Positions 16,829-24,463 of a DNA stretch of 40,000 bases are shown in pieces. The notes under the pieces were generated by a model that was not told where the DNA came from, ran no database searches, and saw only the letters and a program-made list of their open reading frames with translations. Position 1 is the stretch's first letter. Each line of letters opens with the position of its first letter. The position numbers and the translations under genes are program-made. The stretch covers positions 150,074-190,073 of the forward strand of contig NZ_FNPW01000001.1 of NCBI RefSeq assembly GCF_900107395.1. The letters run 5' to 3'. Origin of the DNA: Pseudomonas sp. NFIX28. GTDB lineage: Bacteria; Pseudomonadota; Gammaproteobacteria; Pseudomonadales; Pseudomonadaceae.

Positions 16829-17712
16829 ACCGGCTCACCTTCAATCGGCGCGAGGCCTTGGATGGTTTCGATCTGCTGATCGGTCAGGGTGTACTTGCTG
16901 GCGATGGTCGCGATGACTTTCTCGGGTGTTGACCGGCCCGCGTCGATCGCGGCGCGCCATTTCGGCAGGTTCTCGGCGAGCTTGTCGTCGGGGTAATCGG
17001 GGAGTTCGTCGGGAGAGGCTGTCGGGCGTGGTGAAACGTCGCGGACAGCTGGTGCGCTTTCTTCGAGCTCGTCTGGGCTGTATACGCCTAGGATCACGTC
17101 CGGGCAGTAGAGGCGCGACCAGCGTTTGGTGGCCAGGTAGGCCAGTTGCTGGCGAGGATCGTCCGCCCAGAGCGTGCTGTTGCGGGTGCGGGCCTGGGCC
17201 AGAAGCAGCTCAAGGACGCGCGGTTCGTCCTCGCCGCGGAAGGTGGCCCAGACCTTTACGCCTAGACCTTGCTCGTCCTCCAGCTTCCAGCCCGGGACGC
17301 GGTACTCGCCCTTGTCGCCGTTCTTGATGGTGAACTGTCCGATCACCTTCTCCCAGGCTCCGAACCACTCATAGTGCAGGCGATCCATCACCGGTGCGCA
17401 GGTGGTAATGACTGCGTTGACCAGCTGAGCCTCATAGCCAAGGACGCCGTTGACCAGGTGCGTTTTCTGGGCCACCGCAAATGGATTCATCTTCCACTGC
17501 ATCGATTGCATGACGACCGCCAGACAGTCCGCAGGGTTTCCGTTGAAGTGCTTCGGTAATGTGGCGCGGCCGGTGGCCATGACTTCGGCCAGGCGCATCA
17601 TCTTGTCCAGGCTGTCGCCGTCCAGTACCAGAGCACTGGTGCTGGTTGCTGCGTGAGGAAGGACGTGAAGATTTCGATCGTGCGCCACCGGCGCCACGCT
17701 TTGTGCGGACAT
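16825..17712 (-). CDS. recT: RecT-family single-strand annealing protein
   Basis: PADCLAVVMQSMQWKMNPFAVAQKTHLVNGVLGYEAQLVNAVI is RecT-like. It is paired with a YqaJ exonuclease. Confidence 0.8.
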   Translation of the reverse strand: MSAQSVAPVAHDRNLHVLPHAATSTSALVLDGDSLDKMMRLAEVMATGRATLPKHFNGNPADCLAVVMQSMQWKMNPFAVAQKTHLVNGVLGYEAQLVNAVITTCAPVMDRLHYEWFGAWEKVIGQFTIKNGDKGEYRVPGWKLEDEQGLGVKVWATFRGEDEPRVLELLLAQARTRNSTLWADDPRQQLAYLATKRWSRLYCPDVILGVYSPDELEESAPAVRDVSPRPTASPDELPDYPDDKLAENLPKWRAAIDAGRSTPEKVIATIASKYTLTDQQIETIQGLAPIEGEPV

Positions 17713-17839
17713 GACTATTCCTTGCCGCGCCTAACGCAGCTATTGAGGAGTGGACTAAAAATGGATTGCCAACTTGCTGGCAATGGGTCTCAGTTGGTTG
17801 CTAGCATCGCCGGCCATTAACTCAGCAAAAGGACTTGTA

Positions 17840-18103
17840 ATGGCTTCCAAAAAAAAGGCACCACCATCTTTCGTTATCAAATTTGAACCGATGCAGGTAT
17901 CGATTGAGCGTCGTACGAAACAAAAAAAATGGGTGGATGCTGATTCCCTCTATTTCCGGACCAATGACGGGGTGACGCGTATCCAATACGCAGGAGAAAT
18001 TGCCGAGGAGGCATATAACGAAATTCAGATGCCGAGTGATCCAGAGTTTTTGCGATATCTTGCAAAAAAACTCAAGGCTCTAGCAAAGAAGCTGGAAAAG
18101 TGA
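17840..18103 (+). CDS. hypothetical lysine-rich protein (opposite-strand insert)
   Basis: ORF 17774..18103 trimmed to the ATG at 17840, which is preceded by AAGGA. AT-rich relative to its flanks. Confidence 0.5.
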   Translation: MASKKKAPPSFVIKFEPMQVSIERRTKQKKWVDADSLYFRTNDGVTRIQYAGEIAEEAYNEIQMPSDPEFLRYLAKKLKALAKKLEK

Positions 18104-18220
18104 CTACCAAGTGATTCGATCAGCGAGGGCGCCCAGCAGCATCAGGAAGGTGCAGAGGAGAAGGGTGAATGCAGAGCCGCGCCAGAAGCAGTAGCGCTTG
18201 GCGCGTTGGTAGGAAGTCAT
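18104..18220 (-). CDS. hypothetical 38-aa membrane peptide
   Basis: Own translation: MTSYQRAKRYCFWRGSAFTLLLCTFLMLLGALADRITW. Its ATG overlaps the upstream stop (ATGA). Confidence 0.25.
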   Translation of the reverse strand: MTSYQRAKRYCFWRGSAFTLLLCTFLMLLGALADRITW

Positions 18221-18588
18221 GGCCATGGCCTCAGTTGCTGAAGCACCAACTCATGAAGCGCCTTTCCGTCACGACTGATGCGTTGCCCACGAAGCTGCCA
18301 CTTTTTCGTGCTGGGCCAGCAGTCGATCATTCGCCCGTCGGGAAGCGTCAGCACAACGTGGTAGCCGTTGTTGTGCTTCTTGTGGGCAATGCCAGTTCGG
18401 GATAGCCAGCCTTCAAAGCGCTGCATGGCTTCGGCCTTCATGCGCTTTTTATGACCTTCGGGGTTCGGTTCGCTGCCTTCGCCGCCACAATTCCGGCAGC
18501 AGCGCGGATAGCCAACATCCTCGCCGATGAGCTGGCAGCAGCTCATGCAGTGACTGCCGTCGGCCACGCTGTCTTCATAGAAGCTCAC
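18217..18588 (-). CDS. hypothetical Cys-rich (zinc-finger-like) phage protein
   Basis: 123 aa with CMSCC...CCRNCG. GTG start overlapping the upstream stop (GTGA). Confidence 0.55.
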   Translation of the reverse strand: MSFYEDSVADGSHCMSCCQLIGEDVGYPRCCRNCGGEGSEPNPEGHKKRMKAEAMQRFEGWLSRTGIAHKKHNNGYHVVLTLPDGRMIDCWPSTKKWQLRGQRISRDGKALHELVLQQLRPWP

Positions 18589-18779
18589 GGCCGAACCCTC
18601 ACCGCTATCCGGCCGCCCTTCATCGTCGGCGCCAGGCGCTGGGGCAGGCTGGCCACGGCACGCTCGCGCGGCAGGCCGATCACTTCGTTGAAGGGGAGGC
18701 CGAAGCCCAGCATGATCAGCTTCGCTTCGATTTCATCGAGCTGTTCGTCGATCAAGGTTTTTACTGGTGGAGTACTCAC
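18585..18779 (-). CDS. hypothetical phage protein
   Basis: 64 aa. GTG start overlapping the upstream stop (GTGA). Part of a chain of coupled small genes. Confidence 0.45.
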   Translation of the reverse strand: MSTPPVKTLIDEQLDEIEAKLIMLGFGLPFNEVIGLPRERAVASLPQRLAPTMKGGRIAVRVRP

Positions 18780-18967
18780 GATGCCTCCTTGCGCCGCTGA
18801 CAGGCTTCCATCAGGCGCTTGCAGTAGTGGTTGAACTCGTCGGTGGTGATCGCACCGTCAGTGTATAAACGGGTGATCAGCTCCTGAACCAGAAGGCCGA
18901 TATCAGACTGGCTGCCCTGGTCGCTGACGCCTTCGAGGGCCTGGTCGATGAGGATGTGAGGGCTCAC
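18776..18967 (-). CDS. hypothetical phage protein
   Basis: 63 aa. GTG start overlapping the upstream stop (GTGA). Confidence 0.45.
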   Translation of the reverse strand: MSPHILIDQALEGVSDQGSQSDIGLLVQELITRLYTDGAITTDEFNHYCKRLMEACQRRKEAS

Positions 18968-19404
18968 AAGCCACCATCCACGTCGTCTTCGCGCTCTTCT
19001 CGTTCGGCCGCCACCGCATCAACGGCGTATGGCCTGAGCATGTCGATGGCGATCTGTTCCAGGGTCTGGACAGGCCTTTCTGAACCGAGCAGGTCGCCGG
19101 CATGGCTGTGGGATTCGCTCTGGCTCCCAACGACCGCGGCCAGAACCAGGCGGGCGAACGAATCACGCTTGTCCTCGCCATCGATCTGCCGCTGATTCAG
19201 GTGGCCCTGGAGGTAGGTGGCGAACTGGCCAGCCGTGACGGTGATGGGTTTGCTGTAGCGCCGCTTCCACGACACGTCAGCACCGCGCACCAGCTGCTCC
19301 GCCGCATGCTCCAGCCATTCACGCTCGGCTTCGCTGTCGTCGGGTGCCTCAGCAGGCAACAAAGCGTCGAAGCGCTCCTGGCAAATCTTCAGTGCTGCGT
19401 TCAT
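18964..19404 (-). CDS. hypothetical acidic phage protein
   Basis: ORF 18964..19497 trimmed to the ATG at 19404, which is preceded by GGAGAC. Confidence 0.55.
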   Translation of the reverse strand: MNAALKICQERFDALLPAEAPDDSEAEREWLEHAAEQLVRGADVSWKRRYSKPITVTAGQFATYLQGHLNQRQIDGEDKRDSFARLVLAAVVGSQSESHSHAGDLLGSERPVQTLEQIAIDMLRPYAVDAVAAEREEREDDVDGGL

Positions 19405-19574
19405 GGTTGTCTCCAGGGTGGAGGGGTGTTGATCCAACAAAACTCGGCTGCACTCGACTGCTCCACTGGTTGCCGTTGGGCGTGGAGGGGAGTGCATGCG
19501 GGTGGTGTCGGGGAGGGCGGTCAGGTTGCTGGCTGCTATATTTCAGCGAGTAGTTTTGTAAAAAGGAGAGGCAA

Positions 19575-19799
19575 ATGGGCTGGGATGAAAGCCGGCACAA
19601 AGCAACTTGTGGTTCTTGTGGGCACGAGGGCGTCCAGGTCAGACGCTCAAATGACTATGGCGAATCGGATGATCGGTGGGAGGGTTTCGCTACTGTTCCG
19701 GCGAAGGAGTGCGATTACCATCGAAAACGCTCCGGTGCTCGCGTGCCTGTCTGCAATTGCAAGAGTCAGAACATCATCGTTGGTCCGCTAATACAGTAA
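19575..19799 (+). CDS. hypothetical small zinc-ribbon-like protein (opposite-strand insert)
   Basis: Strong SD AAAGGAGAGG 5 nt before the ATG. Contains CGSCGH ... CNC cysteine pairs. Confidence 0.55.
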   Translation: MGWDESRHKATCGSCGHEGVQVRRSNDYGESDDRWEGFATVPAKECDYHRKRSGARVPVCNCKSQNIIVGPLIQ

Positions 19800-20296
19800 A
19801 GATGCGGGCGCCCGGCGCTGCCCGGGATGCGTCAAGTCTGGCCAGCTGTTGCCCTCGGACTCGCCCGCGATGCCGGTTACTTGTTCGGCGCTGATGTCAT
19901 CAGCAGATCCTCAGGGCTATGCCCGCTGCGGGGCGCTGACAAAGCGCGCTCTCCGGAACCGATATTCTCTCGTCGGTCCAAGCGCCCAGCACTGTAGTGG
20001 CTGGGAACACTGTTGCTCGGCAACCCAGGGTTAGCGCTTCATGGCGGTATCTCCTATTGCTTGCTCACTGGGCAGGCAGTGGCCACCTATTGAAGCTGCA
20101 TTGGAATGTCGGTCCTGACCAAGATGCCTAACTACGTCCGCCCGTTCGCATACAAACAGTTGGCCTGGATCAGCTTTTTTTATGGGGCGCCGACATTCCA
20201 ATACAGCCTCTTTCGAGGTGGTCGGGCCGCATGTGCGAGCACTGATCGCGGCGCGGGCCAATTCCTGAAAGCTGGCCATGCTTCGCCGGCAGTTTT

Positions 20297-20320
20297 CGTC
20301 AGGCTGACGTGGCGCTGGTT
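20297..20320. repeat. left copy of a 24-bp direct repeat
   Basis: CGTCAGGCTGACGTGGCGCTGGTT. It contains the palindrome CGTCAG-G-CTGACG. Confidence 0.8.
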
Positions 20321-20382
20321 ATCCTGCTTGCCGGGTCAGAGGCTGGTAGCATCAGTGCCTCTCCTCACAACATGGAGTCGCT

Positions 20383-20796
20383 ATGCGCCAAGTTGTTGCT
20401 AGAGCGCTGGACGTGATCGCATTAGAAAGCGGTAGGCCGGAATACACAGAGGCTTTCAGGGCTGCCCAGGAAGTCGTGACTGAGTTCGGCGAGTTGGATT
20501 TGGCTGATCGGCTGTTTGCTGATATCCCAGAGTCGATCCCGTTTTTACTAGTGGCCAAACTCTTCGACCTGCTGGCCTGGCAAACAGACGACAACGGTTC
20601 GGCGATGACTCGCACTATTGAACGTTGGCTTGTTGAAGGCACGCATCTACGCAAGATTCAGATCGCTCTATATCTCGATATCTACCCGTTTCCGGATGAG
20701 CGCGAGATGTATCGCGTACTGTCCAATGTGGCGATATCCCACCCGGAGGTGGCTGATAAATGCCGGCAGCTAATCAGCTCTCGGCAAAATCGGTAG
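20383..20796 (+). CDS. hypothetical helical protein carried on a repeat-flanked cassette
   Basis: 137-aa ORF with GGAG upstream. It is on the opposite strand to the early operon and is bracketed by the 24-bp repeats. Confidence 0.55.
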   Translation: MRQVVARALDVIALESGRPEYTEAFRAAQEVVTEFGELDLADRLFADIPESIPFLLVAKLFDLLAWQTDDNGSAMTRTIERWLVEGTHLRKIQIALYLDIYPFPDEREMYRVLSNVAISHPEVADKCRQLISSRQNR

Positions 20797-20869
20797 CACC
20801 TGGTAAACATCCCAAAGCCCGCTCAGTGAACGAGCTTCAGTGTTGTTTTCCATCGTGACCCGCGTATAG

Positions 20870-20893
20870 CGTCAGACTGACGTGGCGCTGGTT
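20870..20893. repeat. right copy of the 24-bp direct repeat
   Basis: CGTCAGACTGACGTGGCGCTGGTT, with 23/24 identity to 20297..20320. It lies immediately 3' of the stop of gene 20896..21681. Confidence 0.8.
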
Positions 20894-20895
20894 GG

Positions 20896-21681
20896 TCAGT
20901 CGTCAAAGCCGTAGGAAAAGTCGTCGGGGTCGCAGTCGATCACAAGAATGGCGTTGCCGAAGTACAGGGACGCCAGCATGCGCTCCCACTTCGAATACAC
21001 CTGCATGTCGATCGCGATCTTCCTGTCATCCAGCTTGGCGCTGTAGACCTCACCAAACGCCAAGGTTGGTTTCCAGTGGTCGCCGGTTTCACGCTCGCCC
21101 TTGATACTGATGTGCAGCGCATGTTTCAGGCTGTAGTTGCTGCGCGAGGAAGATGAGTAGTGTCCGCTCCGGTAACTGTCTTCCGGCTCTGGATCGAAGT
21201 AGATGTGCATCGTCTTGTGGGAGTAGCTGCCGTCGCCTTCTTCAACGCGAATTTCCGGGCGCTCCCATCGGCCTTCGGCGGCACTCTCTTTGTGGTGCTC
21301 CACGAATTCGTCGAGCAGTTTCTTCAGCGAAACTTCGCCGGTCAGCAGGCCCTCACCGGTGAGCACATCAGCTATGGACTTTTCGGCGCGCTCCAAGATG
21401 AGCGAACCCATGGCCGCTTGTTCCCAGCGCTGGTTCAGGGCGTTGGCGACGAGGGCGTTGTAGCGCTGAAGCTCGAACATGTCGCTGACGTTGGCCGGCA
21501 GTGCAGCCTTGACGGCTTCCTTGATTGCTCCGCCGAAGTCGCCGTAGGAGCGGAAGGTATCGCTCACAACCTCTTTGAACAGCTTCTCGATGCCCTCGTC
21601 GATCAATTCGCGCGGACGGTCGGAGTGGGCGTATGCAGTGACGCGCTCGGCAAGCAGCGCTTGAAGGGTTTGTTCGCTCAT
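20896..21681 (-). CDS. hypothetical phage early protein
   Basis: 261-aa ORF downstream of the ParB-like gene. No motif recognised. Confidence 0.65.
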   Translation of the reverse strand: MSEQTLQALLAERVTAYAHSDRPRELIDEGIEKLFKEVVSDTFRSYGDFGGAIKEAVKAALPANVSDMFELQRYNALVANALNQRWEQAAMGSLILERAEKSIADVLTGEGLLTGEVSLKKLLDEFVEHHKESAAEGRWERPEIRVEEGDGSYSHKTMHIYFDPEPEDSYRSGHYSSSSRSNYSLKHALHISIKGERETGDHWKPTLAFGEVYSAKLDDRKIAIDMQVYSKWERMLASLYFGNAILVIDCDPDDFSYGFDD

Positions 21682-21759
21682 TTGGTGCTCCGTGCTTGAT
21701 CGGTTGATTTCCCGTCTTTCCTCGTGAGAGGCCGGGTGCTGCTTTGCGCAATTGAATTG

Positions 21760-22620
21760 CTAAGCCGCCTCTTTGGAAGCGCTTACGGCTTGTTGGAGTT
21801 TGATGAGCAGTATTGTGGGGAGGCTGACCTCTGGCCCCGAGCTATTCAGGCATCCCTCAGGCAACGCTTTGAAGATTTCCTGCGCCGCTGCGCGGATTGC
21901 TTCGAGCTGCTGGCGTGGTGTGGTCGGGCCGCGCATCGATCCCGCGGTCACCTTTGACTTCCCGGTGGCCTTGGCTTTTTGCAGTTCTCCACCGAGGACC
22001 TTGCCTGCGTTCTCGCCATGCTGGCGGACGACTTGAACAGCCGTTGTCGCAGAGACCTGGCCTGAGGCGACCAATTGCTGCACGTCGGTGTTTGCATTGC
22101 CGAGCGTCATCACCTGCTCAACATGCTGGCGGGTCTTGCCGACCTTTTTTGCGATCTGATCAGGTGTCCAGCCGAACGCCGTGAGCCGCTTGTAACCGTC
22201 GGCCAGCTCAAGAGGAGAGAGCTTCTTTCCTTCCTGGCTGGTGATGACCCTGGCGACACGTTCGGCGTCGTTACCCTCGAAGGGGACAATCGAGATCCAG
22301 GCCTCTAAGCGCTTTGGGTCATCTTTGCTCGGCACCCTTGGAAGTCGTCCCGCCTGGTCGAGCTTCAAGTAGGCGCGACGACGGCGATGGCCATCGACAA
22401 CCCACATTCCACCCTCAGCGCGAGGTCGAACCTCCAGTGCCGGGATCTGGCCGCCGGCGAAGATGAACTCAGCCAGAGCATCAATACTTTCTTCCAGCTC
22501 TTCGCCTTCGGCTCGAAGGTTGAAGCCGGGTTCTTCGTAGAGATCCTCCAGGCGCGCCTTCATTGCGTCGGCACGTTTCAGATCCCCGTCCTTGATCATT
22601 TGCTTGAAAGACTTGGCCAT
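21760..22620 (-). CDS. ParB-like nuclease/partition domain protein with central HTH
   Basis: ORF 21760..22728 trimmed to the ATG at 22620. VVDGHRRRRAY is the ParB/Srx box. PDQIAKKVGKTRQHVEQVMTLG is an HTH. Confidence 0.75.
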   Translation of the reverse strand: MAKSFKQMIKDGDLKRADAMKARLEDLYEEPGFNLRAEGEELEESIDALAEFIFAGGQIPALEVRPRAEGGMWVVDGHRRRRAYLKLDQAGRLPRVPSKDDPKRLEAWISIVPFEGNDAERVARVITSQEGKKLSPLELADGYKRLTAFGWTPDQIAKKVGKTRQHVEQVMTLGNANTDVQQLVASGQVSATTAVQVVRQHGENAGKVLGGELQKAKATGKSKVTAGSMRGPTTPRQQLEAIRAAAQEIFKALPEGCLNSSGPEVSLPTILLIKLQQAVSASKEAA

Positions 22621-22720
22621 GCAATTTATTTCCAAGTGGTTGTCATCCCAAGCAGCCCTCGCGAGAAGGCTGCTCAGTGATGCTTTCCGCCGTGACCCGC
22701 TACTGGCGTCGGTCACTGGC

Positions 22721-22846
22721 TCAATCAAGTTGTTCCTCCAGCCGCGGGCCTTTCGGCTTGTTCTCCCGCTGGATAACTGTTCTTGGCGCTTTACGCTGCA
22801 CGCCCGGGTCAGTTGCCAACCCTCTGAACCGTTGAGGCCGGTTCAT
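22721..22846 (-). CDS. hypothetical 41-aa arginine/lysine-rich peptide, first ORF after the leftward early promoter
   Basis: Own translation: MNRPQRFRGLATDPGVQRKAPRTVIQRENKPKGPRLEEQLD. Weak SD (AAGG). Confidence 0.25.
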   Translation of the reverse strand: MNRPQRFRGLATDPGVQRKAPRTVIQRENKPKGPRLEEQLD

Positions 22847-22946
22847 CGCTGCCTTTGAATCTGGGCCGGTGGTGATCCGGCAAGGGGTGTCGCTAAAGAG
22901 CGGCGCGGCTTTCGCTGCTAGGCCAGTGTTGTCTGGCTTGCGAATA

Positions 22947-22986
22947 AAAGTAGCAGTGCTGCTATTTAATGTAAATAGCGCTGCTA
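22947..22986 (-). promoter_or_regulatory. leftward early promoter (PL-like) with two operator sites (OL-like)
   Basis: On the minus strand, TTTACA (22970..22975), 17 nt, then TACTTT (22947..22952). The operator-like 14-mers TAGCAGTGCTGCTA (22951..22964) and AAATAGCGCTGCTA (22973..22986) match the sites between cI and cro. Confidence 0.6.
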
Positions 22987-23005
22987 ATAATATTTTTTGA
23001 GAGCG

Positions 23006-23030
23006 AAAAAAAGCCCGCTCAGTGGCGGGC
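23006..23030 (-). terminator. rho-independent terminator closing the cargo operon
   Basis: The minus strand reads GCCCGC-cactga-GCGGGC followed by seven T. It sits just before the PL-like promoter. Confidence 0.75.
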
Positions 23031-23223
23031 TCTCGTGGACTGAATTAGCTAGCCCTAGCAAGGGGTCGGCACTAGGGACGGGATAGGCTGGCGCTGAGCG
23101 CGAGGCGGGCTGGGGTAGGGCCTCAGAATGAAAAGCATGGTGTCTGTCATGCCTGGGCGGGACACAGGCAACAAGAAAGCCCGCGCAGGGTGCTTCCCCG
23201 CTATGTCTCGCGAGCGGGGCGCT

Positions 23224-23697
23224 TCAGGTGTGAATTATGAGCGTCTGTAGATACCCGCTCTCATCGAATAGGACCGGGTATCTACCCCCATCAATCAGCG
23301 AGCGCAACTGTTGGGAATGACTGGATTGCCTAAATGCAATCTGGCACTCGGCAGCATCAAAGAATCGTCTCAGATGGGGTAAGGCAAGATAGAGTGCAGA
23401 CTGGTCGACTCTCAACGAGAAACTAACTATATCCAGTTGATCGGTTAGATCTCGATACAGGTCCATGACTAGGAAGCTTTCATTTTCAGCGGACGGATAG
23501 ATGTGGACGTCACCAGCACCAACAGGTGTGTCGTCGAAGTAGGTATCGTACAGCTCAGTAATGTTGAGCGCGATTCCCATAGCCTTCAAAGCTACTGCTA
23601 GATCAGCGTTGGGGATGTGCTCGTCCTCTGCCCATGTGACGAAGTCAGGCATTGAAACGCAGATGTCGAACTCATTGGCGCAGATGATAGGGGGCAC
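23224..23697 (-). CDS. hypothetical acidic cytoplasmic protein (cargo island)
   Basis: 157-aa ORF in AT-rich DNA. The start is uncertain (GTG 23697 or ATG 23652) and neither has a clear SD. Confidence 0.5.
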   Translation of the reverse strand: MPPIICANEFDICVSMPDFVTWAEDEHIPNADLAVALKAMGIALNITELYDTYFDDTPVGAGDVHIYPSAENESFLVMDLYRDLTDQLDIVSFSLRVDQSALYLALPHLRRFFDAAECQIAFRQSSHSQQLRSLIDGGRYPVLFDESGYLQTLIIHT

Positions 23698-23822
23698 TGA
23701 AGGCTTGTCCGGTCAGAGTTGTGGGCGCTGATCGTACCACCCCTGTGAGCCGTTTCTCTCATGGGGCGAATATGGTGTGGTTTGATGGATGAGTCACCAA
23801 CTGGATTGGCAGGGAAGGGCGG

Positions 23823-23850
23823 AAAAAAAAGCCCGGCGCTGGACCGGGCT
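23823..23850 (-). terminator. rho-independent terminator
   Basis: The minus strand reads AGCCCGG-tccagcg-CCGGGCT followed by eight T. Confidence 0.8.
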
Positions 23851-23864
23851 GACTGCGCATGAGT

Positions 23865-24284
23865 TCAGTTTGGTTTGCAGGTCGTTCGGTACTTTCCGTT
23901 TGGAAGGTTGTCAGCGAAAATATGGCAAGATTTTTGATACTCATTGTTTTTGTATACTTTAGCAGTAAGGTGCACAGATGAATTCTCAGCCTCTCCCCCT
24001 TTGTGCCAGAGATTACGCTTCAGATAAAGGTTTGTGTTCCCAATAGATTCGAAGCCATTTTTTATGGAGTCGTGACTCGAATTTTTAAGTGCAAAATCGA
24101 CTGTAGGTCTTTTTTCAGGCAACGGTGTGATATCTCTCTGGGCTTGAGTGATTAGGGCATAATCATTACATTTATTTGTCTCGGGATCGTCTTTACACAC
24201 ATAAACATCTGCTGTTGAGTTTGTGGAAAAAGCTGTGAGCCATAGTACTGATGTTATTTTCAGTAGAGATTTAATTTGGTTCAT
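23865..24284 (-). CDS. secreted/periplasmic hypothetical protein with signal peptide and four cysteines
   Basis: First in-frame ATG at 24284. MNQIKSLLKITSVLWLTAFSTNSTA|DVYVC looks like a Sec signal with an A-x-A-like cleavage site. Very AT-rich. Confidence 0.6.
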   Translation of the reverse strand: MNQIKSLLKITSVLWLTAFSTNSTADVYVCKDDPETNKCNDYALITQAQRDITPLPEKRPTVDFALKNSSHDSIKNGFESIGNTNLYLKRNLWHKGGEAENSSVHLTAKVYKNNEYQKSCHIFADNLPNGKYRTTCKPN

Positions 24285-24440
24285 TGGAGTCCATCCCAAT
24301 TGCAGTGCGATAGATGATTAATGCTGGGCAAAGCCTACCTTGGATTTGCCAGCAATAACTCTAGCCCATGATCCAGGTATTCGCCTGTAAAATTCGTGTG
24401 ATGTTGCGATTCTAATTAGTTAAGTACCTGCACGGCGCAC

Positions 24441-24462
24441 AAAAAAGCCCGGCGCTGGCTTG
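24441..24462 (-). terminator. weak terminator sharing an 18-nt block with the 23823 terminator
   Basis: AAAAAAGCCCGGCGCTGG at 24441..24458 is identical to 23825..23842. Only a 5-bp stem (AAGCC/GGCTT) remains, followed by a T run on the minus strand. Confidence 0.4.
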
Positions 24463-24463
24463 C

